A stretch of 64,000 nt of DNA from Eledone cirrhosa (Eukaryota): positions 1 to 64,000 of the forward strand of contig CAXHJY010000271.1 of NCBI GenBank assembly GCA_964016885.1. The letters run 5' to 3'. Below are positions 12,330-24,524 of the stretch, piece by piece; the stretch's first letter is position 1, and every line of letters starts with the position of its first letter. The notes below the pieces were generated by a model. The model searched no databases. It was given only the letters and a program-made list of their open reading frames with translations, and was not told where the DNA came from. Position numbers and translations under genes: made by a program.

Positions 12330-12875
12330 AGACAAATCCACCTCATGGACGAGAATGCAAGGGCTCCTCCTCTTTGTTTCGGCCGCGGATGGCTAACCCT
12401 AACCCCATCCCCGCTCCCCACTGCTCCCAACCTCCAAACGCAATCCAAAACTTCAGAGTTGGTACCATTAATGTAGGCACCTTATAGGGTGGCTCTAACG
12501 AGGTTGTAGAAATGCTTGAACGTAAGGAGGTCGATGTTTGTTGTATTCAAGAGACCAGGTGGAGGGGTGGGTCTGCTAGATTCATCGTGGGTAAAGAACG
12601 ATGCTATACGCTTTTCTGTGTGGCAAATGACAATGGGCTGGGTATACACATACCACCCCACCTCCCCACCGCAAAGTGGTCGTGGAGGCGCCGCGGCCAA
12701 AAAGCACCCAGCCCACACTGTAAAGCTGACGTGGAGGTGCCACGGAAAAAAAAAAGCACCCAGCACTCACTGCAAACGGGGTTGGCGTCAGGAAGGGCAC
12801 CCAGCTGTAGAAACCAATCCAGAATCAGCTCCCACCCCACCCTTGCAAGCATGGAAAAGCGGACGTATGATGAAG
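12330..12875 (+). mobile_element. internally deleted RTE derivative (endonuclease N-terminus fused to 3' UTR); repeated in other units
   Basis: [42 protein letters not shown]...NGLG is joined at about 12645 directly to the RTE 3' UTR ending GCAAGCATGGAAAAGCGGACGTATGATGA. Confidence 0.8.
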
Positions 12876-12876
12876 T

Positions 12877-12927
<51 letters not shown>

Positions 12928-13445
12928 TATATATATACACATATATATATACACACATATATATCAGTGTACATATATATATACATATATATATATATAT
13001 AAATGAATATTTATTCAATTTAAAGCGCCAATTATCTATATATAACAAGATATGAATTTTTCTAGGGATGGGGAAATTTTCAGTTTGTTTTTATATTTTC
13101 ACTTCATTTTTTACTTTCTATTTAATACAGTCTTTGATCCAATATAATCCTGACAGTATTTGAACCAGTTTACCTCATATATATGTATGCACACACAACA
13201 CTCAAGTTTCGCCATCTACTGCTATTTCATTCATATTTATTGTTTAATTAACTCTGGTCTAATTCATCAACTATTGTTAATTATATTATTACGTAGATTT
13301 CTTATAAAATCTAGTGCATATATACGTGTATATATACAGGGAGACACTGTAATAGATGTAAAGAGAGTGGGAGATAGAGTTATAGAAGTAAAGAGAGGGG
13401 GAGAACTAAGCGGTAGATAGAGTCATAGATGTAAAGAGAGGGTTA

Positions 13446-13622
13446 GAACGTTCAACTTGACAGTCAGTACAATGTTCAGCATGGTAGCCAGTACATATGC
13501 CAACTACCCAACCGGCCAGCCAGCCGCATATGCGGTTGACTGGCCAGTTGGGCGGTTGGTATCTGGAACGTTCAACTACGCAGTCAGTACCAAAGTTCAA
13601 CATTGTAGCCAGTGCATATGCC
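13446..13622. repeat. 64-nt inverted repeat (13498-13561) flanked by ~56-bp direct repeats; other hairpins start at 23254, 31539, 39831, 45770, 51593, 59859
   Basis: Arms TGCCAACTACCCAACCGGCCAGCCAGCCGCA / TGCGGTTGACTGGCCAGTTGGGCGGTTGGTA (25/31 complementary); direct repeats GAACGTTCAACT...CAGTCAGTAC...GTAGCCAGTRCATATGCC at 13446-13501 and 13566-13622. Confidence 0.92.
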
Positions 13623-13668
13623 GATCGCCGCGCCCTCTTTGCTCTATTTTAATGACCTGGAACTAAGT

Positions 13669-13781
13669 AAAAAGAGTAGGAGATAACTCGACAAGAGCGG
13701 AGAGGGTGAGATTCGAACCATGTAAAGTCGTTGGCTCCTGAACTTCGTAAGCGGGGCTGCTACTGACTGAGCAGCGCCGGC
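13669..13781 (-). ncRNA. candidate Pol III small RNA gene, copy 1 (unidentified, tRNA-type promoter)
   Basis: GCCGGCG, A-box-like CTGCTCAGTCAG at +8, B box GGTTCGAATC at +63, TTTTT at +109, TATAA at about -34; no acceptor or anticodon stem. Confidence 0.55.
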
Positions 13782-14772
13782 AGCAAGGCAAATCGCGCAT
13801 AAAATAACGCTTATATCGACAAAAAAAAAAAAAAAATTTCAATGTTGCACTCTTGTTTGTTCTTTTATTTTACGTAAACATTTCGCTGCTCTAGCCTCTT
13901 ATTTCCTATAGATTACACTTAATTCCATTAAACATTCATTCTTAGTCTCGTGGTAAACTATTTCATCTATATTTATATCGCTGTTACAGCCTTTTATTTC
14001 TACATCTATCACCTATAGCCACTGTTACGCCGGTAGTATAAGTAGCTTTATAACAAGAAACGATGATATAACTCCACAAAATGTCTTCTTCAGCAAGACA
14101 CTTCACTTCATATTGCTCCAGTACACCGAGTTACACATAGACAGATACATACATACATACACAGATAGAAATGAGAGGTAGATAGAGTAAAAGATTTAAA
14201 GAGAGTGTGAGAAGTACGAGTTAGATAGTGTAAAAGATTTAAAGAGAGGGTGAGAGTGTGACACACATTTATCTGTCTATCTCTCTCTATTTTAACACCG
14301 GTCGTTATAATTAGTTTTATAACACCGCTATATTACCGACATGAAAGAGGTAAATAATTATTTCTTAAATGTTTAGAACATGTTTCTCTTGTCTTCTTAA
14401 ATGTATAGAACATGTTTCTTATTTATATTCTTAACATAGCTAGGACCTTATCTCATTTACTGGTCTCTACTTTTAGGGCTTTGCTGGTCCCATGTGCCCT
14501 CCATGAAGACACACTCGCCCCTTCTCTCTCAGTCTCCGTACTAATTACTACACATACGTATATATATTTATTTTAAGAAACCTTAATGACAAATAATATA
14601 AAGTGTTTGTAAAGTGGGGAAGAGTAGTTTTACGGTGGGGTTGTTATATAGATATCGTTTTTGCAGTGGGGTCGTGACTGGCGTATAATAATGAGTCACT
14701 GTTGATGTATATACAAATCATGTTTTGGATATAAGTGAAGTTATTTAAGAGATTTAGTTGTTTTGTATACAT

Positions 14773-16747
14773 TCATAACGGTACGCGATGGGACCCACCC
14801 ACAGCCCCGGCGGACAGAATGGAGAAGGCGTTTCCCCGGAGCACGGCAAGGGAGACGCGCTGGAAAAGCCACTCCAACTCGCGGGGCTCACACCTGCAGC
14901 TGGCCAGCTCAGCGCCTATGGTGGTGAGTAAGGAGGTAGCCCTGGGGCCGAGGACACCAGAAGTCTCCACTTCCAGGGGTACGACCGCAAACCTGTCGGA
15001 GAGTGAACGATATGTGAGGAGTTTGGCCCCCTCAGCCTGACGTGCAGCAGAACCTGGGCCAGTCGCAGACTGCACCAGGTTGCGGCTGCAGAAAGTGTCG
15101 GTGCAAGTGGCATCCCAGACGAGGGGTTTGCCACCGCGGAACGGGAAGATGGTCATGCCATCTAGCCTTTTGCCGTCCCCTCGAGCTGGGAAGGGAAGCC
15201 TGCAGCGTCCAAGCCATGCTTAATGACTTCGTTGAGGGCAGCATGGCATGGATTGCGGGTGGAGGCCGAAAGAGTCCATGGTGGAACGGCAGCGACATTG
15301 GTGTGAGGCCGAGCCTCAGGGAAACGCCGATGCGCAAGCTATTGTTGTCTAGCTGCGTGCGAGTGGAGAAGGAGGGCAGGGCATGGAGCCAGGCCCCACT
15401 GTGGGGTTTGGAGGCTGCACGAAAACAAACAAGGCGGTGCTGGTCGAGCTGGCACGTGAGCCTGTCTGAGGCCAGGCTGCACTGGATGGCATCCCAAGTG
15501 TGTTGGGGGGGACTTGACGTCAACAGGGGGAGAAGGAGGAGGAACGTCTACTGGGCTAAGTCCCAGCCGGTCCCACGTCTCACAGGCGGCCACGCGTTCT
15601 CTGAACACAGAGGGTTTTGTTGTGTTTTGAAGAACCCTGCTGAAGAGGACGTGGTACGAGGTTTCCGACGAAAGATATGCCGGCAAAGCTAGTGAGATCG
15701 GGGACTGGAGGCGAAGCCCGCCATACCTGACAGGTAAAGTTGCATATCTCATCGGCTGCTGCTCGGATACAAGTTTAGGTGTAGCACAGAGTGTATAGAG
15801 GAGCTTCGGCATGGCGTAGCAGTTCCTCAGCAGAAAGAGAACTGGGTGGCCATCAATCAAGCCCAGTCGGCTCGTGAGAGTCTGGACTTGATGGAGGAGC
15901 GGATGGCCGGCGGGTGGATCGGTGAGGGCATCCTCTTTGGGGGGTCACCTGAACCTGGCGGAGAATGGACCGCACGTCCAAGACGGAGACTGCAAAGCTT
16001 GCAGCATCGAGGCTGACATTCACCACCTCCGACTTGGCTGAGTTGACCTGGAGGTCGATTCCCGCCAGGGCAGGAACCACCGATTGAAGGTCATGGCAGA
16101 ACGCCTGTACGGGCCCACCCAAAGTAGCATCATCCAGATACCAAACGTTGAGAGGGGCCGTTATACTCCAGGCGATGTGGTCAATACCAAGGGTGAACAG
16201 GAGGGGTCCCAAAGGGTTGCCCTGTTGGATCCCAGTAGCCAAGGGTATGACCGTATCAGCAGCATGGCGCATGCTTGGGGCTCCATATGACAGGTAGGCA
16301 GAGGGGGCTCGGCTGAGGCAGGCCTCGAGCAGATGATCCCAGCGTAAAGAGTTGAAGGCATTCCTCATGTCAAACTTGACAATGAGGTGGCTGGAGGCCC
16401 TGGATGCCGGTTCCGAGTGTTACGGACTTGCAGATTACCTTGGCAGCCAGCCTCCGGAAGACATTGCCCACAGCAATGGGGCGTATGCCATCCTCTTTCT
16501 TCCTGAGAGCGGTGAGGCTGGCCGAAAAAAAGAGGCCTCGAGCATAAGAGTCCAGGGCGCCATGGATGAGCCTATTGGTGAGCGCCACAATTGCACTCAG
16601 AAGGCGGCGCCCGGCCTCAGCGGAGAGGGGAGATATCAACTCCTTGAGGAGGCCTGGTCAGAGACCATCAACATCTCCGCAGCTGCTAGCTGGGAAGGAC
16701 CTGATGGCGGACATGATGTCTGCATCAGAAGCCACAAGGAGCAAGTG
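14773..16747 (-). mobile_element. CRE-like element copy (unit 2, type B)
   Basis: Same motifs; 26-bp deletion in the knuckle, RPDG changed to RLDG, extra frameshifts. Confidence 0.88.
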
Positions 16748-17679
16748 TGGATTACAATACAAAACCTCTGAGAATGATTTCTAAGATATTTCACCATAAT
16801 TAATTTTCATCAATATATATTAATATTATTATTGTTTATTAGGTCAGGTGGATTGGCCAGAACAATTCTACTCTTCTTTTTTAGATGTCACGATTTTTCA
16901 TGGCATTCCTGAGATCATTAATCTCCAGCTGGAGATCCAGAGACATCTGATGTATGTAGGTGAACCTCAGTCATCCCACTTGGGTCTTACTATGTTTAGG
17001 TATCCACCACAGGAGCCAGCTCATCAGGTCATCCTACCCTCAGCAGCAATGTCCAGCATCTATTGATTTCCGCTCCCTAGTTATTGTGGTAATCTTCGAT
17101 ATCTGGGAATATATTTCTTCTGCTTAAGGGAGTAATAAATATATAGTTTTAAAAAAAACATATATATACACACACATATATATATGTTGTCATTTATAAG
17201 AGTTCTCTATCAAAAGCCTTCTCTATGTCCAAAGCTAAGTATAGTGGCTTATTTTTCTCTAAGAACCTCTTTTGTAGTTGTCTCACTAAGAAGAGGGCAT
17301 CTGTTGCACTTTTCAGCGGCTTAATTAATTATTGAGGTTTAATTAATGAGGAATTTTGAGGTATTTATAACAATTATTAATTATTTCATTACTGAGATAT
17401 CATTTGAAGGACTTACTAATGTTTTTATTTATTAATTATTTTATTAGTAACTTAACATGTGGTTCTTGTATAAAATTATGTTGGAAGATTTTAGGAAGAT
17501 GCTATGTAGCCGGTCGCGGTAAAATAGACGCCCAGGCTATGTAGCCAGTAAGAGTGTCAGACTCCATGTGTTGCGGCCCTTTATGGTCTGAGTTAAGACA
17601 ATTTAAAATCTTTTCCACCATCAATTGTTAAAAAACAAGTTAAAATCATTTTGTCGTCCATTTGTAACGTACGTTACAC

Positions 17680-18400
17680 TTTAGTTACATACACATATAC
17701 TATGTTACATACACACATCTACTGTGTTACATACACACACATCAACTGGGTTATATACACACACATCTACTGCGTTACATACACATCTACTGTGTTACAC
17801 ACACATCTACTGTGTTACATACACACACATCTACTGAGTTACATACACACACATCTACTGTGTTACATACACACACATCTTCTGTGTTACATACACACAT
17901 CTACTATGTTACATACACACATCTACTGTGTTACATACACACACCTGTGTTACATACACACACATCTACTGAGTTACATACACACAGATCTACTGTGTTA
18001 CATACACACACATCTACTGTGTTACACACATCTTCTATGTTACATACACACAATCTACTGTGTTACATACACACATCTACTGAGTTACATACACACACAT
18101 CTACTGAGTTACATACACACACATGTACTGTGTTACATACACACATCTACTGTGTTACATACATACACATCTACTGTGTTACATACATACACATCTACTG
18201 TTACATACACACATCTACCGTGCTACACACACACATCTACCGTGTTACACACACACATCTACCGTGTTACACACACACATCTACTGAGTTACATACACAT
18301 ATACTGAGTTACATGCAAACACACATCTACTCTGTTACATATACACATCTACTGTGTTACATACACATCTACTGTGATACACACACACACATCTACTCAT
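17680..18400. repeat. 20-24-bp minisatellite, consensus GTTACATACACA(CA)CATCTACTGT
   Basis: About 30 tandem copies visible; the 218-aa and 207-aa ORFs are translations of it. Confidence 0.93.
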
Positions 18401-19226
18401 ACATATTCATAAATAGACACACATTATACAAATAATTATTACATACACACACATCTCTGTAATAATTCAGGAAGGAAGGGGCTGGTGAAACGCTATAGCA
18501 ATGTGTGTGTGTTGTGTACCTTTCAGGTTTACCGGTTTCGTAGCCTATTTGAAGATTTTATTATAATTATGAACCTTATAATTCAATTAATTATGAATAA
18601 TTTTGAGCTATTTATCACAATTGTTAGTTAATTACTAACATAGTAACTTACCATATGGTTGTTATATAGAATTTTGTTGGAAGACTTTAATTTAGATAGG
18701 AACCATTTCCATAGTACGAGAACTAATTTTGGCTGGGTTTCTACCAAAAGGGTTAATGAAGAATTTTGAACAATTTACTAAAATTATTAATTATTTCTTT
18801 ACTAAGATAATGTGTGAATACACAATTATATGTGTGTATATATATATAAACAGTATATATATATATAGTATATATATATATAAACAGTATATATATATAT
18901 ATAGTATATATATATATAAACAGTATATATATAGTATACAAAAGATGTAGTGGGATAGTGTGTAGTCTTAAGACAAGTCTGTCCAGATAGCTGCGCTGTA
19001 ACTTACACTTATTGGGACTGTGTGTTGGCAAGCAGGCCTGTATTTTGGGATCTAGCTGGTCCATTATGAGGGAGGTCTGGTTAGTTGGCAGCACCATGCC
19101 TTACTTGTGGTATATGTATGTATAGAAATAAGTTATTGTATATGCATAACTGTCCATCTATATGTATACATGTATGTTTACTTATATCTTTGCATACATA
19201 TATACATTTTCAGATGTATACACGTA

Positions 19227-21153
19227 ATGGTCACCCGGATAGTAAACCAAGTCATACAGAATGGGGTTGTTCTGAAGGACTGGCGTAGCAGCATCATCAT
19301 TAACTGTTACAAGGGTAAAGGAGATGCCCTAGATAGGAGTAACTATAGAGGCATTAAATTAATCGACCAGGTCATGAAGGTCACGGAAAAAGTAATAGCG
19401 CAACTAATCAGAGAGAGAATTGATCTAGATGAAATGCAGTTCGGGTTTGTGTCAGGTAAAAGTACCACAGACGCTCTTTTCATTGTACGACAACTACAGG
19501 AGAAGTACCTAGTTAAAAGTAAACCCCTATACTTAGCTTTTGTTGACTTGGAGAAAGCCTTCGACAGAGTCCCCCGTTCCATTATCTGGTGGGCTCTTAG
19601 AAAACTAGGTGTTGAGGAATGGCTTGTGAGAGCTATACGAGCCATGTATAAAGAAACAGTCAGCAAGGTTAGAATTAACAACGAATATAGTGAAGAGTTT
19701 AGCGTAAAAGTTGGTGTTCATCAGGGCTCCGTCCTTAGCCCCCTACTATTTATTATTGCCCTTCAGGCTATAACAGTGGAGTTCAAGACCGGCTGCCCAT
19801 GGGAACTCCTATACGCAGATGATCTAACGCTCATAGCTGAATCAATGGCCGAGCTAGAGAAGAAATTCCAAACATGGAAGCAAGGCCTAGAATCAGAAGG
19901 CCTTAAAATTAACCTGGCTAAGACTAAAGTTCTAGTTTGTAGGAAAGAAAATAAGGCGCCGGTCCCTTCCGGGAAATGGCCATGCTCAGTGTGTAGGAAA
20001 GGCGTAGGTAGAAACTCCATTTTATGTCCCAAATGCAAAGTATGGGTTCATAAAAGATGTAGTGGGATCACAGGTAAGCTAACTAAGAACATAGATTTTA
20101 CATGTGGCCGGTGCTCTGGTGCAATAAGTAGCAGCAAGTGCCCACAAAATACTAGCTCTTTCAATTGCGCAGAGGGTTCTATAGAAATAGTGGACAGCTT
20201 CCGTTACCTGGGTGACAAAATCAGCAGTGGGGGAGGGTGCTCTGAAAGTACAGTAGCTAGAGTCAGAACTGGATGGAAAAAGTTCAGAGAGCTTATACCA
20301 CTATTAGCCGCTAAAGGGTTCTCCCTAAAAATGAAAGGCAGGTTGTATGATGCCTGCATATGAACAGCAATGTTGCATGGCAGTGAGACCTGGGCATTGT
20401 GTGCAGAGGATATACGCAGACTAGAGAGGAACGAAGCTTGCATGCTTCGCTGGATGTGTAATAGTAATATATGTGAACGGCAAAGCATAAACGAACTAAG
20501 GGAAAAATTAGAAATAAGAGGGATCAGATGTTGTGTACTCGAGAGAAGACTACGTTGGTATGGTCCACGTGATGCGGATGAAAGACGACAGCTGTATAAA
20601 AAAAATGCAGGGCAATAAAGATAGACGGTAGCCACGGAGTAGGCAGACCCAGAAAAACCTGGGACGACTTGATAAATTCCGACCTCACACACTTACACCT
20701 CTCCAAGACAATGTCACTGGACCGAGATCTTTGGCGGTACTCAGTAATAGAGAAGACCCGCCTTACCTAGATACAAAGTAAAACCTACTACAGTCAGTAG
20801 GCACCTCTAACAAAATACACCCCCACCCCATCCACACCGCCCCTTTCAATGTAAAGTTATGTTGGTGCCACAACATCCAGGCCGAAACAAATGAGGTCGT
20901 GTAGGTGTCACGACAAAAAAAAAAAACACAGTCCACGCAGTAATGTGGCCGTGTAGGTAACACGGTAAAAACCTCTCAGTCCCACACTGTAAATGCGGTT
21001 GGTGTTAGGAAGGGCATCCAGCTGTAGAAAACCCGCCAGACAGTCCTATGCGAGCAAGACAACCACTCTTGCCTCAAGTGGGAAAATTCCCGTCCAAACC
21101 CATGCAAGCGTGGAATATGGACGTTAAACGATGATGATGATGATGATGATGAT
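19227..21153 (+). mobile_element. 5'-truncated RTE-clade LINE with premature stop (20361) and a later frameshift
   Basis: NYRGIKL, FVDLEKAFDRVPR, GVHQGSVLSPLLF, LLYADD, Cys/His finger, MLHGSETW; 3' UTR and (GAT)n tail at about 21130-21153. Confidence 0.93.
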
Positions 21154-21175
21154 ATATATATATATATATATATAT

Positions 21176-22303
21176 ATATTCCTTTGACATTTCTTAGAAA
21201 AAAAATGAAAAAGTTTTGTGAGAACCCCAATGTTTATTTATTTTATTTTATTTTTAAATAAAATTAATAACATTAATTTTATTTTGAAATTAGGTTTATA
21301 AATATTAATTATCAGCAGACCTTTGTAGCAGTCTTGGCGGCTTAGTGGGAAGTACCAGAGATGGTGAGGTCCTTGTCTGTAGGTTCAATCCTGGTCTGGG
21401 AGTTCAATCATTGCTGTAATGTGTCCTGTTAATCTTTTTTTAAATTTTCCTCAGAAAAAACTGAAAATCTTTGGTGAGAACCCCAATGTCTATTTATCTA
21501 ATATAATTTAATTTATTTTATTTTATTTTACTTTAGTTAAATTGTCAAAACCACTGGTGATCTAAAGTTAGAGGAGACAGATAAAATTGACATATTGTCT
21601 CCTCAACCTTTAGATCTTCAGTGTTTTCGACAATTTAACTAAAATAAAAAATTAAATTCAATATAATTAAATAAATAGGGGTTCTCTTTTTCAAAGAGAT
21701 ATAGAAAGAAAATTATAAAAGATTAACATGACACCTTACATGTATCTCATGGACCAGGATTGAACCTGAGTCCCCAATTCAACCCTCAGACCAGGATTGA
21801 ACACCCAGAACAGGATCTCACCATCTCTGGTACTTCCCACTAAGCTACCGAGACTGATACAAAGATGTACTGAAATTTAATATTTATAAACCTACTTTCA
21901 AAATAAAATTAAAAATAAAATATATATATATATATATTCCTTTGACATTTCTTAGAAAAAAGAACTGAAAAAGTTTTGTGAGAACGCCAATGTCTATTTA
22001 TTTTATTTTATTTTTAATTAAATTAGTTATATTTTGAAAGTAGGTTTATAAATATTAATTTTCAATAGACCTTTGTAGCAGTCTTGGTGGCTTAGTGGGA
22101 AGTACCAGAGATGGTGAGATCCTTGTCTGTAAGTTCAATTCTTGCTTGGAGACATGTCTAATGTGTCCTATTAATCTTTTTTTAATTTTCCTTTTACATC
22201 TCTTAGAAATAACTGAAAATCTTTGGTGAGAACCCCAATGTCTATTTATCTAATATAATTAATTTAATTTAATTTAATTTAATTTTTATTTTAGTGAAAC
22301 CAC
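21176..22303. repeat. fold-back structure: ~370-bp arm forward, inverted, then forward again
   Basis: Arm 1 (~21176-21590), its degenerate reverse complement (~21595-21920) and a third forward copy (~21935-22303); the central hairpin pairs TTAGTTAAATTGTCAAAACCACTG..GAGGAGACA with TGTCTCCTC..CAGTGTTTTCGACAATTTAACTAA. Confidence 0.85.
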
Positions 22304-22744
22304 TGTTGTATTCAAGAGACCAGGTGGAGGGGTGGGTCTGCTAGATTCATCGTGGGTAAAGAACGGTGCTATGAACTTTTCTGGGTGGGAAATGACAATG
22401 GGCTGGGTATACACATACCACCCCACCACCCCACCGTAAAGTGGTCGTGGAGGCGCCACGGCAAAAAAGCACCCAGCCCGCTCTGTAAAGCTGACGTGGA
22501 GGTGCCACGTAAAAAAGAAAAGCACCCAGCACTCACTGCAAACTGGGTTGGCGTCAGGAAGGGCACCCAGCTGTAGAAACCAATCCAGAATCAGCTCCCA
22601 CCCCACCCTTGCAAGCATGGAAAAGCGGACGTATGATGAAGTTGATATATATATATATATATTAGTATATATATACACATACATATGTACACATATACAC
22701 ATACATATATATATATATATACACACACATATATATCAGTGTAC

Positions 22745-22779
<35 letters not shown>

Positions 22780-23424
22780 AATGAATATTTATTCAATTTA
22801 AAGCGCCAATTATCTATATATAACAAGATATGAATTTTTCTAGGGATGGGGAAATTTTCAGTTTGTTTTTATATTTTCACTTCATTTTTTACTTTCTATT
22901 TAATACAGTCTTTGATCCAATATAATCCTGACAGTATTTGAACCAGTTTACCTCATATATATGTATGCACACACAACACTCAAGTTTCGCCATCTACTGC
23001 TATTTCATTCATATTTATTGTTTAATTAACTCTGGTCTAATTCATCAACTATTGTTAATTATATTATTACGTAGATTTCTTATAAAATCTAGTGCATATA
23101 TACGTGTATATATACAGGGAGACACTGTGTAATAGATGTAAAGAGAGTGGGAGATAGAGTTATAGAAGTAAAGAGAGGGAGAGAAATAAGCGGTAGATAG
23201 AGCAATAGATGTAAAGAGAGGGTTAGAACGTTCAACTTGACAGTCAGTACATATGCCAACTACCCAACCGGCCAGCCAGCCGTATTTGCGGTTGACTGGC
23301 CAGTTGGGCGGTTGGTATGTGGAACGTTCAACTATGCAGTCAGTACCAAAGTTCAACATTGTAGCCAGTGCATATGCCGATCGCCGCGACCTCTTTGCTC
23401 TATTTAAATGACCTGGAACTAAGT

Positions 23425-23537
23425 AAAAAGAGTAGGAGATAACTCGACAAGAGCGGAGAGGGTGAGATTCGAACCATGTAAAGTCGTTGGCTCCTGAACT
23501 TCGTAAGCGGGGCTGCTACTGACTGAGCAACGCCGGC
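23425..23537 (-). ncRNA. candidate Pol III small RNA gene, copy 2
   Basis: As copy 1, with T at +8 (TTGCTCAGTCAG). Confidence 0.55.
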
Positions 23538-24524
23538 AGCAAGGCAAATCGCGCATAAAATAACGCTTATATCGAGAAAATAAAACAAAAATTTCAATGT
23601 TGCACTTTTGTTTGTTGTTCTTTTATTTTACGTAAACATTTCGCTGCTCTAGCCTCTTATTTCCTATTAGATTACACTTAATTCCATTAAACATTCATTC
23701 TTAGTCTCGTGGTAAACTATTTCATCTATATTTATATCGCTGTTACAGCCTTTTATTTCTACATCTATCACCTATAGCCACTGTTACGCCGGTAGTATAA
23801 GTAGCTTTATAACAAGAAACGATGATATAACTCCACAAAATGTCTTCTTGAGCAAGACACTTCACCTCATATTGCTCCAGTACACCGAGTTACACATAGA
23901 CAGATACATACATACACATATATATGTACACAGATAGAAATAAGAGGGAGATAGTGTAAAAGATTTAAAGAGAGTGTGACACACATTTATCTGTCTATCT
24001 CTCTCTATTTTAACACCGGTCGTTATAATTAGTTTTATAACACCGCTATATTACCGACATGAAAGAGGTAAATAATTATTTCTTAAATGTTTAGAACATG
24101 TTTCTCTTGTCTTCTTAAATGTATAGAACATGTTTCTTATTTATATTCTTAACATAGCTAGGACCTTATCTCATTTACTGGTCTCTACTTTTAGGGCTTT
24201 GCTGGTCCCATGTGCCCTCCATGAAGACACACTCGCCCCTTCTCTCTCAGTCTCCGTACTAATTACTACACATACGTATATATATTTATTTTAAGAAACC
24301 TTAATGACAAATAATATAAAGTGTTTGTAAAGTGGGGAAGAGTAGTTTTACGGTGGGGTTGTTATATAGATATCGTTTTTGCAGTGGGGTCGTGACTGGC
24401 GTATAATAATGAGTCACTGTTGATGTATATACAAATCATATTTCGGATATAAGTGAAGTTATTTAAGAGATTTAGTTGTTTTGTATACATTCCAGTTGTT
24501 GTCTCCCTGTTTCTTCTTCAACAA

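Larger units (their letters stand above)
17321..22303. other. ~5-kb foreign segment replacing ~1.1 kb of unit 2
   Basis: Unit sequence stops after TTTCAGCGGC (17320) and resumes at TGTTGTATTCAAGAGACC (22304), skipping the SINE and the CATA tract; no target-site duplication is visible. Confidence 0.88.

Noticed and set aside
12392-12405. Telomere-like CTAACCCTAACCC
   Set aside because: Only two repeats, lying inside the RTE-derived 5' segment.
13695-13781. Canonical tRNA gene (Ser/Arg/Val-like)
   Set aside because: It has a GGTTCGAATC T-loop and class-II-like length, but the acceptor, anticodon and T stems do not pair; kept only as an unidentified Pol III candidate.
7896-13851. 5S rRNA, U snRNA, SL RNA or histone genes as the array payload
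   Set aside because: I found no recognisable 5S, U1-U6, Sm-site plus splice-donor or histone sequence by eye; a covariance-model search is needed to exclude them fully.
17680-18400. CRISPR-like repeat array
   Set aside because: The repeats are contiguous with no unique spacers, there are no cas genes, and the context is eukaryotic.
23400-23597. 65-aa ORF resembling a signal-peptide protein (MKFLFYFLDISVILCAICLAAG)
   Set aside because: It starts at TTG, overlaps the Pol III candidate and is not maintained in copies 1 and 6.
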